The notes beneath the pieces are model-generated. The model was not told the origin of the DNA and did not search any database. It saw only the letters and a list, made by a program, of their open reading frames with translations. A program made the position numbers and the translations under genes. Shown here one piece after another: positions 1-7,000 of a stretch of 20,000 bases of DNA. Numbering within the stretch: the stretch's first letter is position 1; each line of letters starts with the position of its first letter. Source of the DNA: an uncultured virus (IMG/VR IMGVR_UViG_3300043080_000080) (taxonomy: Duplodnaviria > Heunggongvirae > Uroviricota > Caudoviricetes); the IMG/VR virus record IMGVR_UViG_3300043080_000080; one strand, 5' to 3'.

Positions 1-343
1 TAACTGAAGAGGCATTATCTAAGAATGTGTTCAGTAAATAGAATGTATCGTATAATGTAGAAAAGTATCTTAGCATATCATCTTGGGTTTCAAGCAATGT
101 TTTATACACTGGATCACTATCTACTTCAGGCATTATTACAGTCAATGGATTTATCTGCTTACGGTATAGAAATAGCTTGTTGATTTCAGTATCATCCTCC
201 ATAGAGATAATACTTTTATCAACGTATGGTGAATTAGAAAATTTTGATTTTACGTATCTAAACATGGCGATATCGTAATTAACCAAAAAATTATACTCAA
301 CTAAGAGTTCGTTATCATATTTGCCATCTTTATTCCGCATCAT
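1..343 (-). CDS. Hypothetical protein, N-terminal part only (runs off the window start)
   Basis: Not in the ORF track. Manual translation from ATG 343 (MMRNKDGKYDNELLVEYNFLVNYDIAMFRYVKSK...) is open for 114 codons to the window edge. SD-like AGAGGG lies upstream. Confidence 0.8.
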   Translation of the reverse strand, partial: MMRNKDGKYDNELLVEYNFLVNYDIAMFRYVKSKFSNSPYVDKSIISMEDDTEINKLFLYRKQINPLTVIMPEVDSDPVYKTLLETQDDMLRYFSTLYDTFYLLNTFLDNASSV

Positions 344-362
344 AGATGTAGCCCTCTAGTCC

Positions 363-396
363 TTCTATGGGAGGTGTGTAAAACACCTCCCTAGAA
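363..396 (-). terminator. Intergenic stem-loop after the 261-aa gene
   Basis: GGGAGGTGT-gtaaa-ACACCTCCC (369-391), extendable by TTCTA/TAGAA. It lies directly after the stop at 399. No clear U-tract, so it may be a stability or processing hairpin. Confidence 0.6.
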
Positions 397-398
397 TC

Positions 399-1184
399 TT
401 ACATGTTTTCAGCAATGCTGTCGAAAGATGCTGTCTCATACTCCTTTGGAATTCCATTCATACCACCATTGGAGCTGGAGTACAAAGATGAATTCCCTGA
501 GGGAGCGAGGAATGTCTTGCTGTTGAACGGCTTAGAGCTAGTAGTTGTCTGAACGCCAACCTTTTCAGCAATGGCACGAATCTGCTCATACTGATAATTG
601 CGCTTATACATACTTGCCTCCATGACGCTTGCAGCAACAGCATAAGAAGATGCTCTATAATACTCATCAAGAGTCATAACAAAAGTATCCAGCTCAATAT
701 CGCCGAAGATCTGAGAAGAATACTGACCATCGCTATAGTTGTATGCAGCAGAATAGGCATCTCTCTTAGTCTCATAGATAATCTCATTTACATTACCAGA
801 CTCATCAGCATAGCTAATGGAAATGCAATAAGCATTAGAGCCATACTCACGTCCATTAGAAACTTTGAGAAGACCATTCTTAAGTTCGATGCATACATTC
901 TTGATAGTGTCATCTTCCTGCATCTGCTTAATCATGTGTGAAAGCATATGAGCTTTCGTGTTAGATACATACACAGATACCTGATTATCCGTATCGTATG
1001 TTGCGTATGTGTCGTTGCTTCCAGCGTTATTACGCAATGCAATACTGACCTTCATAATCTTATTGAAATAAGAGATAGAAAGTCTAGAAGCCATAATCCC
1101 AGATTCTGAATTAGAGAAAGTAATACTGGAAAAAGTGGTGTTTGTCGGTTGCTTGTCATTGTTGTTGTAGTTCCTCAATGCCAA
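399..1184 (-). CDS. Hypothetical protein (~261 aa) with a beta-rich N-terminal part and a low-complexity C-terminal tail
   Basis: ORF 399..1193. The ATG at 1193 abuts AAGGAG with no spacer, so the in-frame TTG at 1184 (9-nt spacing) is the likelier start. Both promoter-like motif classes lie upstream. Confidence 0.8.
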   Translation of the reverse strand: MALRNYNNNDKQPTNTTFSSITFSNSESGIMASRLSISYFNKIMKVSIALRNNAGSNDTYATYDTDNQVSVYVSNTKAHMLSHMIKQMQEDDTIKNVCIELKNGLLKVSNGREYGSNAYCISISYADESGNVNEIIYETKRDAYSAAYNYSDGQYSSQIFGDIELDTFVMTLDEYYRASSYAVAASVMEASMYKRNYQYEQIRAIAEKVGVQTTTSSKPFNSKTFLAPSGNSSLYSSSNGGMNGIPKEYETASFDSIAENM

Positions 1185-1212
1185 ATCGCTCATCTCCTTG
1201 AATTATTTTGGT

Positions 1213-1224
1213 TACTACTTTGTT
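1213..1224 (-). promoter_or_regulatory. AR9-type late promoter-like motif AACA-N6-TA
   Basis: Minus strand AACA-aagtag-TA(A) just upstream of the RBS. One of 7 similarly placed copies. Confidence 0.65.
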
Positions 1225-1250
1225 AGGTAGTGTGTAAAAAAGAATAAATC

Positions 1251-1280
1251 AATAGGAGAAGCTGCAAAGCCTCTCCTATT
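1251..1280 (-). terminator. Stem-loop, probable intrinsic terminator or 5' leader hairpin
   Basis: Minus strand AATAGGAGAGGC-tttgca-GCTTCTCCTATT. The stem is a continuous 12 bp only on the minus strand (via a G-U pair) and is followed by GATTTATTCTTTTTT. Confidence 0.7.
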
Positions 1281-1287
1281 AATATAA

Positions 1288-1307
1288 TCACTTCTATAAT
1301 ATACGAT
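1288..1307 (-). promoter_or_regulatory. Early-type promoter-like motif ATYGTATATTATA-N4-TGA
   Basis: Minus strand ATCGTATATTATAgaagTGA. The same motif occurs at 4088-4107 and 16801-16820. Confidence 0.65.
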
Positions 1308-1318
1308 TGAATGTGTAT

Positions 1319-2464
1319 TTACAGGTCAGGATACACAACCTGGATGAGAGAATCATAAGCATTACGAATTTCTTTTTTCTTTGCTGCTTGATCTCTTATA
1401 TCATACATATCTTGGAGGATTCTATAAATCTCCTCACGCTCTTCATCTGATATGTCCTCTGTAAGATAATCCCTTAAAATAGCAATATCTGTATTAAGAG
1501 TGCGAATGATATAAAGAAGATCACTCTCTGTATTAGCACAGCGTAATCTTAAGTTTAATTCATATACATCGTTCTTAACAGAACGAATACCCTTAGCTTT
1601 GAAGTCAGCGAATTTCTTAGAGAATCTATTCTTGATATTCTCAAATACTCCTTCAATTACAGGTTCATTCATATTATTAAGAATATTAGCAGTAAACTTA
1701 AGCTCTCTCTTTTCTAACTCAGATGCCGTCATACTCTTTGCTTTGGTAAGAGTTCTAATAGCTGGAAGTCTACGAATACTAAATTCGCTATTAAGCCTCA
1801 ATACCCATGCTAATGTAAGTAGTCTATCATCTACAGACTTATTGAGATATATATCAGATCTAGAGATCTTCTGAACAGCGCTCTGTAAATAAGCGCCATA
1901 ACCACAATCAATGATGAAAGAATCAGCAATAATATCGTTATTGCCAATCTTAGAGAAGATAGAACCTACTTTAGCGATAGAATCCTTCATAGCATAGGCA
2001 AGAACTTCTCTATAACTTCTATTGGATTTCAAATTGAAACACTCATCGGATTTGGTAAAATAGATATCAATCTGCTTACGGACTTCATCAATGGTATCTG
2101 TATCATAAGCAATATGACCAACCTCATAGATGAGTAATGCTGTTAACTCTTTCTCGTCAAGCATAAGCATAGGATCAAAGAGTTTAGAATCAAACTCAAC
2201 AAAATATCCTGCGGGAAGTGTAGTATCTGCATCCCCCATAATACCAATCATATCATTACCATTCATTGAAGGATAAACCTTAATACCAAAGAACAGATTA
2301 TCTGTATTGGTTGTATAAATAACGCTCTTGCAAGAGCTTTTAATAAAGAATTTATTTAACTCATCCTTAACCTTAGCGAGGGTAGAAGCCGTATGATCTT
2401 CGATCATAAGAGCCATTAACTTCTCTAATAGAGAAAAATCAAATGCTTCTGCTGTCTTTTCCAT
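1319..2464 (-). CDS. Putative virion/head protein with a degenerate zincin motif (~381 aa)
   Basis: ORF 1319..2503; the likely start is ATG 2464, 9 nt after AAAGGAG. Contains ELTALLIYEVGHI (HEXXH-like with H->Y) and a possible head-protease site VIE/GV. Lies downstream of a late-type motif. Confidence 0.6.
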   Translation of the reverse strand: MEKTAEAFDFSLLEKLMALMIEDHTASTLAKVKDELNKFFIKSSCKSVIYTTNTDNLFFGIKVYPSMNGNDMIGIMGDADTTLPAGYFVEFDSKLFDPMLMLDEKELTALLIYEVGHIAYDTDTIDEVRKQIDIYFTKSDECFNLKSNRSYREVLAYAMKDSIAKVGSIFSKIGNNDIIADSFIIDCGYGAYLQSAVQKISRSDIYLNKSVDDRLLTLAWVLRLNSEFSIRRLPAIRTLTKAKSMTASELEKRELKFTANILNNMNEPVIEGVFENIKNRFSKKFADFKAKGIRSVKNDVYELNLRLRCANTESDLLYIIRTLNTDIAILRDYLTEDISDEEREEIYRILQDMYDIRDQAAKKKEIRNAYDSLIQVVYPDL

Positions 2465-2630
2465 TATCGCCATCTCCTTTAAGTTTATTTTCTGTAGGAA
2501 CATTCTTCCCTAGGGTTGGATCCCAATGGGTAAATACAGATCCTAAATCATTCATTGGATACTTATTAGTATTCTCTTCTATATGAGAATCTGGAACATT
2601 CACTGTATTTCTAGTAACAATGTAAGGCAT
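2439..2630 (-). CDS. Small hypothetical protein (63 aa)
   Basis: ORF 2439..2687; the likely start is ATG 2630 after AAGGAGAGGT (MPYIVTRNTVNVPD...). It overlaps the start of the next gene. Confidence 0.7.
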   Translation of the reverse strand: MPYIVTRNTVNVPDSHIEENTNKYPMNDLGSVFTHWDPTLGKNVPTENKLKGDGDNGKDSRSI

Positions 2631-2653
2631 ATTAAACCTCTCCTTAATAGCTT

Positions 2654-2665
2654 TAATTAATTGTT
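2654..2665 (-). promoter_or_regulatory. Late promoter-like motif AACA-N6-TA
   Basis: Minus strand AACA-attaat-TA(A) just upstream of the RBS of the 63-aa gene. Confidence 0.65.
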
Positions 2666-2693
2666 CGGGAATAATACTTAAGGCCAAAAAATA

Positions 2694-2721
2694 TAAGAGG
2701 AGGGTTTACACCCTCCTCTTA
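2694..2721 (-). terminator. Intrinsic terminator
   Basis: Perfect 12-bp stem TAAGAGGAGGGT/ACCCTCCTCTTA with a GTAA loop on the minus strand, followed by TATTTTTT. It lies 5 nt after the stop at 2727. Confidence 0.8.
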
Positions 2722-2726
2722 ATCTA

Positions 2727-3281
2727 TTAAGACGCAAGATCTCTCCAATAATCAGTATTCTTAAATACTGCCCCATAAGTATCCTTATATCCGTAACCAT
2801 TTAATTGATACAATCCTAATCTGAGATTAGCACTGCAATTAGTATAAACCAAAAGTTCACCAGCGGCTATACTCATTTCTTGGTCATTCATGCCCACATT
2901 TGAGATATACTGACCAATGTTATATACTGAATCAATATACCACACCAATACTGTTTTATCCTCTTCATCGCCATAATTAATAACATAATCTACTTTAGGC
3001 CAATAAACTCCAGTATCTTCATTATAATCTACCAATGTTTTATAGTAGAAATGAATCTTTGCTGCATTGACTTTAGACATATCGGCTATAGCGTCGATAT
3101 ACTTATACATGGCATAGAGATCATCTACTACGTCATTAATCGTATACTTATATTTAAGCAATACACTTTTTCTAAATTTTTCAGGGAGTTTATCCCATTC
3201 TGTGTCTCTAAATTCTCTAAGACAATCCTCTGTCTTAACAATAAGTTTTGCTACTTGGTTTCTGTCAATTCTCATTTGCAT
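2727..3281 (-). CDS. Hypothetical protein (182-184 aa)
   Basis: ORF with an AGGAGG RBS. The start is ATG 3281 or, with better spacing, ATG 3275. No recognisable motif. Confidence 0.8.
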   Translation of the reverse strand: MQMRIDRNQVAKLIVKTEDCLREFRDTEWDKLPEKFRKSVLLKYKYTINDVVDDLYAMYKYIDAIADMSKVNAAKIHFYYKTLVDYNEDTGVYWPKVDYVINYGDEEDKTVLVWYIDSVYNIGQYISNVGMNDQEMSIAAGELLVYTNCSANLRLGLYQLNGYGYKDTYGAVFKNTDYWRDLAS

Positions 3282-3322
3282 TAGCCTCCTAGAAAGTGCT
3301 GGAATATATTTTTAGTGTTTGG

Positions 3323-3889
3323 TCAAAACACTAATTCCTCTGTTGATATGTCTTGAGCTATAATAATCTTCTGTATATCTTCTGATGATAGTATATATTT
3401 CCCCACGCTAGGCCGGTCTTTCGCTAGCACTTTAACTATATCAGGAAGATAAACATTCTTTCTTAACGCCTTCCCAAGCTTATTATTATAGCATTGAATT
3501 AAAAGAAATATAATACGATTAGAATCTCTTCTACTAACTCCAGTATCCATATAATTATTCAGCTCAAATACAAAGCGCATATAATGCAGGAACCTTTCAA
3601 AATGGATACTTGGTAAATCTCTATACTCTAACCCACACGATTTAGATAAAGCCCTATATATAAACTCTGCTCTATCGGACAGAGAATAATCAAGTTCAGG
3701 AATACAGTAGTATTCCATTAATTCAAACGCAGAATTATATGCGTTATGTATATATGAACTGCACTCTAAGAACGCCCCTAATCTATCTTCAGCATAATCA
3801 TCCATTGTTATATGGGTTACAGCTTCTAGATTATCATGAATATTCTTAAAGTGTTTATTAATTTCCTCGTACTCTAAGCATCTCGTAAT
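3323..3889 (-). CDS. Hypothetical protein (160 aa from ATG 3805, or 188 aa from ATT 3889)
   Basis: The frame stays open 28 codons upstream of ATG 3805 to ATT 3889, which follows AGAGGTG. ATG 3805 has no SD. An in-frame TAG at 3901-3899 bounds the ORF. Confidence 0.7.
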   Translation of the reverse strand: MTRCLEYEEINKHFKNIHDNLEAVTHITMDDYAEDRLGAFLECSSYIHNAYNSAFELMEYYCIPELDYSLSDRAEFIYRALSKSCGLEYRDLPSIHFERFLHYMRFVFELNNYMDTGVSRRDSNRIIFLLIQCYNNKLGKALRKNVYLPDIVKVLAKDRPSVGKYILSSEDIQKIIIAQDISTEELVF

Positions 3890-3924
3890 ACACCACCTCT
3901 AAAAAAATAATATAAGTAAAATTA

Positions 3925-4090
3925 TACCAATATCCCCCTAAGGGGATATACACGGCATTAGCCACCCACTAGAAAGTATATAGATTAATGCGCAAAAGAG
4001 TTTATGCGACGATTGTGGTTTGCGTTCTCTTTTTACGTATTAATTTTTATACTTCCTAGAGAGTTTACTAAACCTCTTTGTTACACTTCA
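3925..4090 (-). ncRNA. Candidate structured non-coding RNA or long leader
   Basis: No ORF of note. An early-type motif lies at 4088-4107, a ~32-bp imperfect inverted repeat at 3969-4000/4027-4059 encloses a 26-nt loop, and a terminal hairpin lies at 3930-3949. Confidence 0.45.
3930..3949 (-). terminator. Stem-loop at the 3' side of a structured non-coding region
   Basis: ATATCCCC-N4-GGGGATAT 8-bp stem. Only a weak and distant U-tract follows. Confidence 0.45.
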
Positions 4091-4107
4091 TCTTTATAAT
4101 ATACAAT
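4088..4107 (-). promoter_or_regulatory. Early-type promoter-like motif ATYGTATATTATA-N4-TGA
   Basis: Minus strand ATTGTATATTATAaagaTGA, immediately after the upstream terminator. Confidence 0.65.
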
Positions 4108-4121
4108 TAAATTTGTACAGT

Positions 4122-4149
4122 TATACGGGTAGGTTTCCCTACCCGTATA
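4122..4149 (-). terminator. Stem-loop terminator after the 243-aa gene
   Basis: Perfect 12-bp stem TATACGGGTAGG/CCTACCCGTATA with a GAAA loop on the minus strand, 5 nt after the stop at 4155. Confidence 0.75.
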
Positions 4150-4154
4150 TTGTT

Positions 4155-4886
4155 TTAAAGATAGGCTTCGATACAAGCGGCGAGCTTCTTATTCCATGTG
4201 ATATTATAACAAATATCAATGACAAGAGTTGCGTCAGGGAGATCAAGCCCAATGTCATAATAGAACTGGCTAACCAATTCGTAAATAGATGTAATATCTC
4301 TGGCGCAATCCGTAGCATCTCTAAGCTCAAAACTAGCGCCAAGATTAGTAATGTAACGATACAAATCATCTAATCTACAAGCAACATTACATACGTTAAT
4401 TAACAGCTCATTGCATTCAAGTCGCTTATTTGCATTAGCGTTTGCAGCATCATAATCATAGTATTTACCAAGAAGATCTAACACCATTCCAATGATAAAC
4501 ATCTCTTCTTCTCTACCGAGTCTCTTAGCAATAGATGTATTACTACCCTTACCAACCTTTAAATCATACAATGTGCAATAGAAAACTTCAGCGCTATGGT
4601 AATTATCACCAAGCTCACTATAGCTATCATTCTTAATCATCTTATCTGTAAAGATTTTATTACATGATGCCAGAAGATACTCAAATACCTTATCAATATT
4701 GATTTTTACACTTGTGGCAAATGTAGGCCATGAAGAAGCAAGATCCTTAATTATTTTATTAGGGACTTTTTCTATACGAATAGTACTGTTAGTAGTCTTG
4801 TCTTCATTAACTGCAATTTCGGGTGCACTAGTTGTAGTTTCATCTTCGGGAGGGGTATTGCTTTTAAACACTTTAAAATCGTCCAT
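4155..4886 (-). CDS. Hypothetical protein (~243 aa)
   Basis: ORF 4155..4895; the likely start is ATG 4886, 9 nt after AAAGGAG. Low-complexity N-terminus and a helical-looking body. Confidence 0.8.
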   Translation of the reverse strand: MDDFKVFKSNTPPEDETTTSAPEIAVNEDKTTNSTIRIEKVPNKIIKDLASSWPTFATSVKINIDKVFEYLLASCNKIFTDKMIKNDSYSELGDNYHSAEVFYCTLYDLKVGKGSNTSIAKRLGREEEMFIIGMVLDLLGKYYDYDAANANANKRLECNELLINVCNVACRLDDLYRYITNLGASFELRDATDCARDITSIYELVSQFYYDIGLDLPDATLVIDICYNITWNKKLAACIEAYL

Positions 4887-4948
4887 TTTGTACAACTCCT
4901 TTAACTAGATTATATAATTGTAATAGATATAGTAAAAAGCAAGTTTGC

Positions 4949-4972
4949 CCGGTAGGGATTTAACCCTACCGG
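4949..4972 (-). terminator. Stem-loop terminator of the capsid transcript
   Basis: CCGGTAGGG-N6-CCCTACCGG 9-bp stem, followed on the minus strand by GCAAACTTGCTTTTT. Confidence 0.7.
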
Positions 4973-4986
4973 ACAGATTACTTATG

Positions 4987-5010
4987 AAAGGAGTTTCTTC
5001 AAATGGACAA
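4987..5010 (-). promoter_or_regulatory. Anti-SD/anti-start element complementary to the translation start of the downstream gene
   Basis: Minus strand TTGTCCATTTgaagaAACTCCTTT pairs with AAAGGAGTTgtacaAAATGGACGA (4902-4879) as 10-bp and 9-bp helices. Confidence 0.55.
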
Positions 5011-5020
5011 AAAACAAACC

Positions 5021-6889
5021 TTAGAGCGTATTAGGAGTTGCCTCGTTCAGGCCAGTCTCAGGGTTGTAGTGAGTGTACACTGCACCGAGATCGTTGTTGT
5101 TGTACTGCTTGCCAATAGGATCAACATTGGGCAGATGCTCACGCAGACCAGTGGGATTGGCAACCATCAGACGACCCTGCACAGGCTGATAAGCGAAGAA
5201 CTTATAACGCTGGAATGCAGTCAGTGCGGGCAGGCTGGGATTCTCAGAATCACGGATCTCATTAGAGATATACATCTGATAATCATACAGACGATAGACA
5301 ATACGATTGGTGTTCTTGGGAATCAGCAGAACAATCAGGTTATCGTTTCCAAACAGCTTGTCGGAGCTGATGAAGTTGTAGACACGCTTGTCGTTAGTAA
5401 CAACAGTCTTCTTAAAGGTCAGCTCAACAGGGCCGAGGTTAGCGGGAGCCTGATAGGTATACTCAATAGGAGTGATCTGACGAATAAGGCCGGGACGACC
5501 AAGGATGCAGATCTCCATGTTGGGATCACGAAGAACAGTCAGCAGGCCAGTGACAAACTGATCAAGAGTGTTCATAAAGGTCTTCTGCAGCCACTCCAGA
5601 TGATCGCTATAGTAACCCTGGCGAGGAGCAAAGTCAACAGTCTTAGCAAGCTTATGATCATCATCAAGACGCTTGAAGGACTCATCCAGCTCTCCCTTGA
5701 GATCGTCATCCTTAACATTCTCAAGAACGTCCTTAATCATGCTCATGTACTTAGTGACCTGGTTGATGCCATACAGAGCACCAATGTCCTTAACTTCCTC
5801 AGGAGTGATGGGAATAGTAATACCATCATTCTCAGGAATCTGAACAAAGGTCGTACGCTCCTGCCACTCAACACGGTTAGTCTTGAGCATACGGCTAGAA
5901 GCATCATAACGAGCAGTCAGCTTAACAGCCTTGATACTGCCAGCACCAGAGTTAATGGTAAACATATTACCTTCCTGGGTAGCAAACAGAGTATCAGCAA
6001 AGATATCGCCAGACTCAAGCTTGACATTTACAGGCTGAACGATGACGCGGTTAGCCTCACCATAGCCAGGAGTAAACTCAGCTCTCCAGGGCTTCCAAAC
6101 CAGAGCAGTAGTGCCAATGGCCTCATTGCCCTCTTCAACCTCTGCAGACTCATAATAGGTAACGTCAGCACCATCAGAGTTGGATCTGGTTGCTGCAACA
6201 GCAAGAGTATCACCAACCTTGACAGTATCCTCAACAGCAATAGCGCTGATATGAGTTGCAACTGACAGGTTATGGCTCAGACGAGATACATGGAAGTACT
6301 CATCGAGGATATCAATGGACTGAGCCTCAGGAAGATTAATGGGAACCTCTACAGGCTTATTAGCACTCTTCCAAGCCTCAAAGATCTGATTCTGCTGGTT
6401 AGCAATATCAATCTTGCGGCCATCAGGAGTGATCATGTAGCGGGTCTCCATAGTCTCAGTCCAAGAGGGAGACTTAGCGACAAAACGCGGAATTGCCTGT
6501 GCAAATACACAGTTCAGCATAAGATACTTATGCATGGGCAGGGACAGACCAATCATGGGGTTCCAGTTAGCCATACCAGCAACTGCGTTCTCACGAACGG
6601 CCTGGATATCATTAGTAAATGCCTCTCTCATCATATCGAGCTCATCCTGGTACTTCTCAGCACCAAGCTGACGCTCTGTTCCGACAACAGAGTTCTCCAT
6701 AAAGAAATTCTGGAGCTGATCACGGGCACCCTGGAAAGCCAGAGCTCTCACAGGCTCACTGCTATAATCGACGCTAGTCTCACGCAGAATGTTCTGCTGA
6801 GCTTCGCAAAATGCTGAAGCATATGCATACATGGGATCCTTGCTAAAGTTACCCATGTTAGGATTTCTTCTTTCACCTACGCTAGGCAT
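5021..6889 (-). CDS. Major capsid protein precursor (HK97 fold, jumbo-phage type, ~622 aa)
   Basis: Start at ATG 6889 after AAGGAGGT. Strong high-expression codon bias, visibly more GC-rich than neighbours. WNPMIGLSLPMHK...SPSWTETMETRY and ENPSLPALTAFQRY resemble the N- and C-terminal conserved segments of T4 gp23-like capsids. Putative propeptide ending at VRE/NA. Close to the prohead protease gene. Confidence 0.75.
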   Translation of the reverse strand: MPSVGERRNPNMGNFSKDPMYAYASAFCEAQQNILRETSVDYSSEPVRALAFQGARDQLQNFFMENSVVGTERQLGAEKYQDELDMMREAFTNDIQAVRENAVAGMANWNPMIGLSLPMHKYLMLNCVFAQAIPRFVAKSPSWTETMETRYMITPDGRKIDIANQQNQIFEAWKSANKPVEVPINLPEAQSIDILDEYFHVSRLSHNLSVATHISAIAVEDTVKVGDTLAVAATRSNSDGADVTYYESAEVEEGNEAIGTTALVWKPWRAEFTPGYGEANRVIVQPVNVKLESGDIFADTLFATQEGNMFTINSGAGSIKAVKLTARYDASSRMLKTNRVEWQERTTFVQIPENDGITIPITPEEVKDIGALYGINQVTKYMSMIKDVLENVKDDDLKGELDESFKRLDDDHKLAKTVDFAPRQGYYSDHLEWLQKTFMNTLDQFVTGLLTVLRDPNMEICILGRPGLIRQITPIEYTYQAPANLGPVELTFKKTVVTNDKRVYNFISSDKLFGNDNLIVLLIPKNTNRIVYRLYDYQMYISNEIRDSENPSLPALTAFQRYKFFAYQPVQGRLMVANPTGLREHLPNVDPIGKQYNNNDLGAVYTHYNPETGLNEATPNTL

Positions 6890-6932
6890 AGATTTTACCT
6901 CCTTAGTAATCATTTTTATTAGTATTAAGATA

Positions 6933-6954
6933 TAATTATTTATATAAATAATTA
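6933..6954. repeat. Perfect 22-bp A/T-only palindrome in the capsid leader
   Basis: TAATTATTTATATAAATAATTA equals its own reverse complement. Confidence 0.8.
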
Positions 6955-6973
6955 GGCAAAATACCCAAGTATT

Positions 6974-6985
6974 TACTATATTGTT
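6974..6985 (-). promoter_or_regulatory. Late promoter-like motif for the capsid gene
   Basis: Minus strand AACA-atatag-TA(A). Confidence 0.7.
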
Positions 6986-7000
6986 TATAATTAATACAGT

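Noticed and set aside
250..343. HAD-like look of the N-terminus (LLVEYNFLVNYD) of the partial first gene
   Set aside because: The catalytic DxD is absent and the gene is truncated, so no function was assigned.
3907..3914. Additional TATATTAT octamer on the minus strand
   Set aside because: It lacks the ATYG and A-N4-TGA flanks, and the bare octamer also occurs inside coding regions (e.g. 15609-15616).
5003..6817. Long + strand ORFs (420 aa and 181 aa) antisense to the capsid gene; the first has an SD-like AAAGGAG 9 nt upstream
   Set aside because: They are in codon-for-codon register with a strongly biased gene, which is typical of shadow ORFs, and have implausible composition. The apparent SD+ATG is better explained as the complement of the anti-SD element. 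Not formally excluded.
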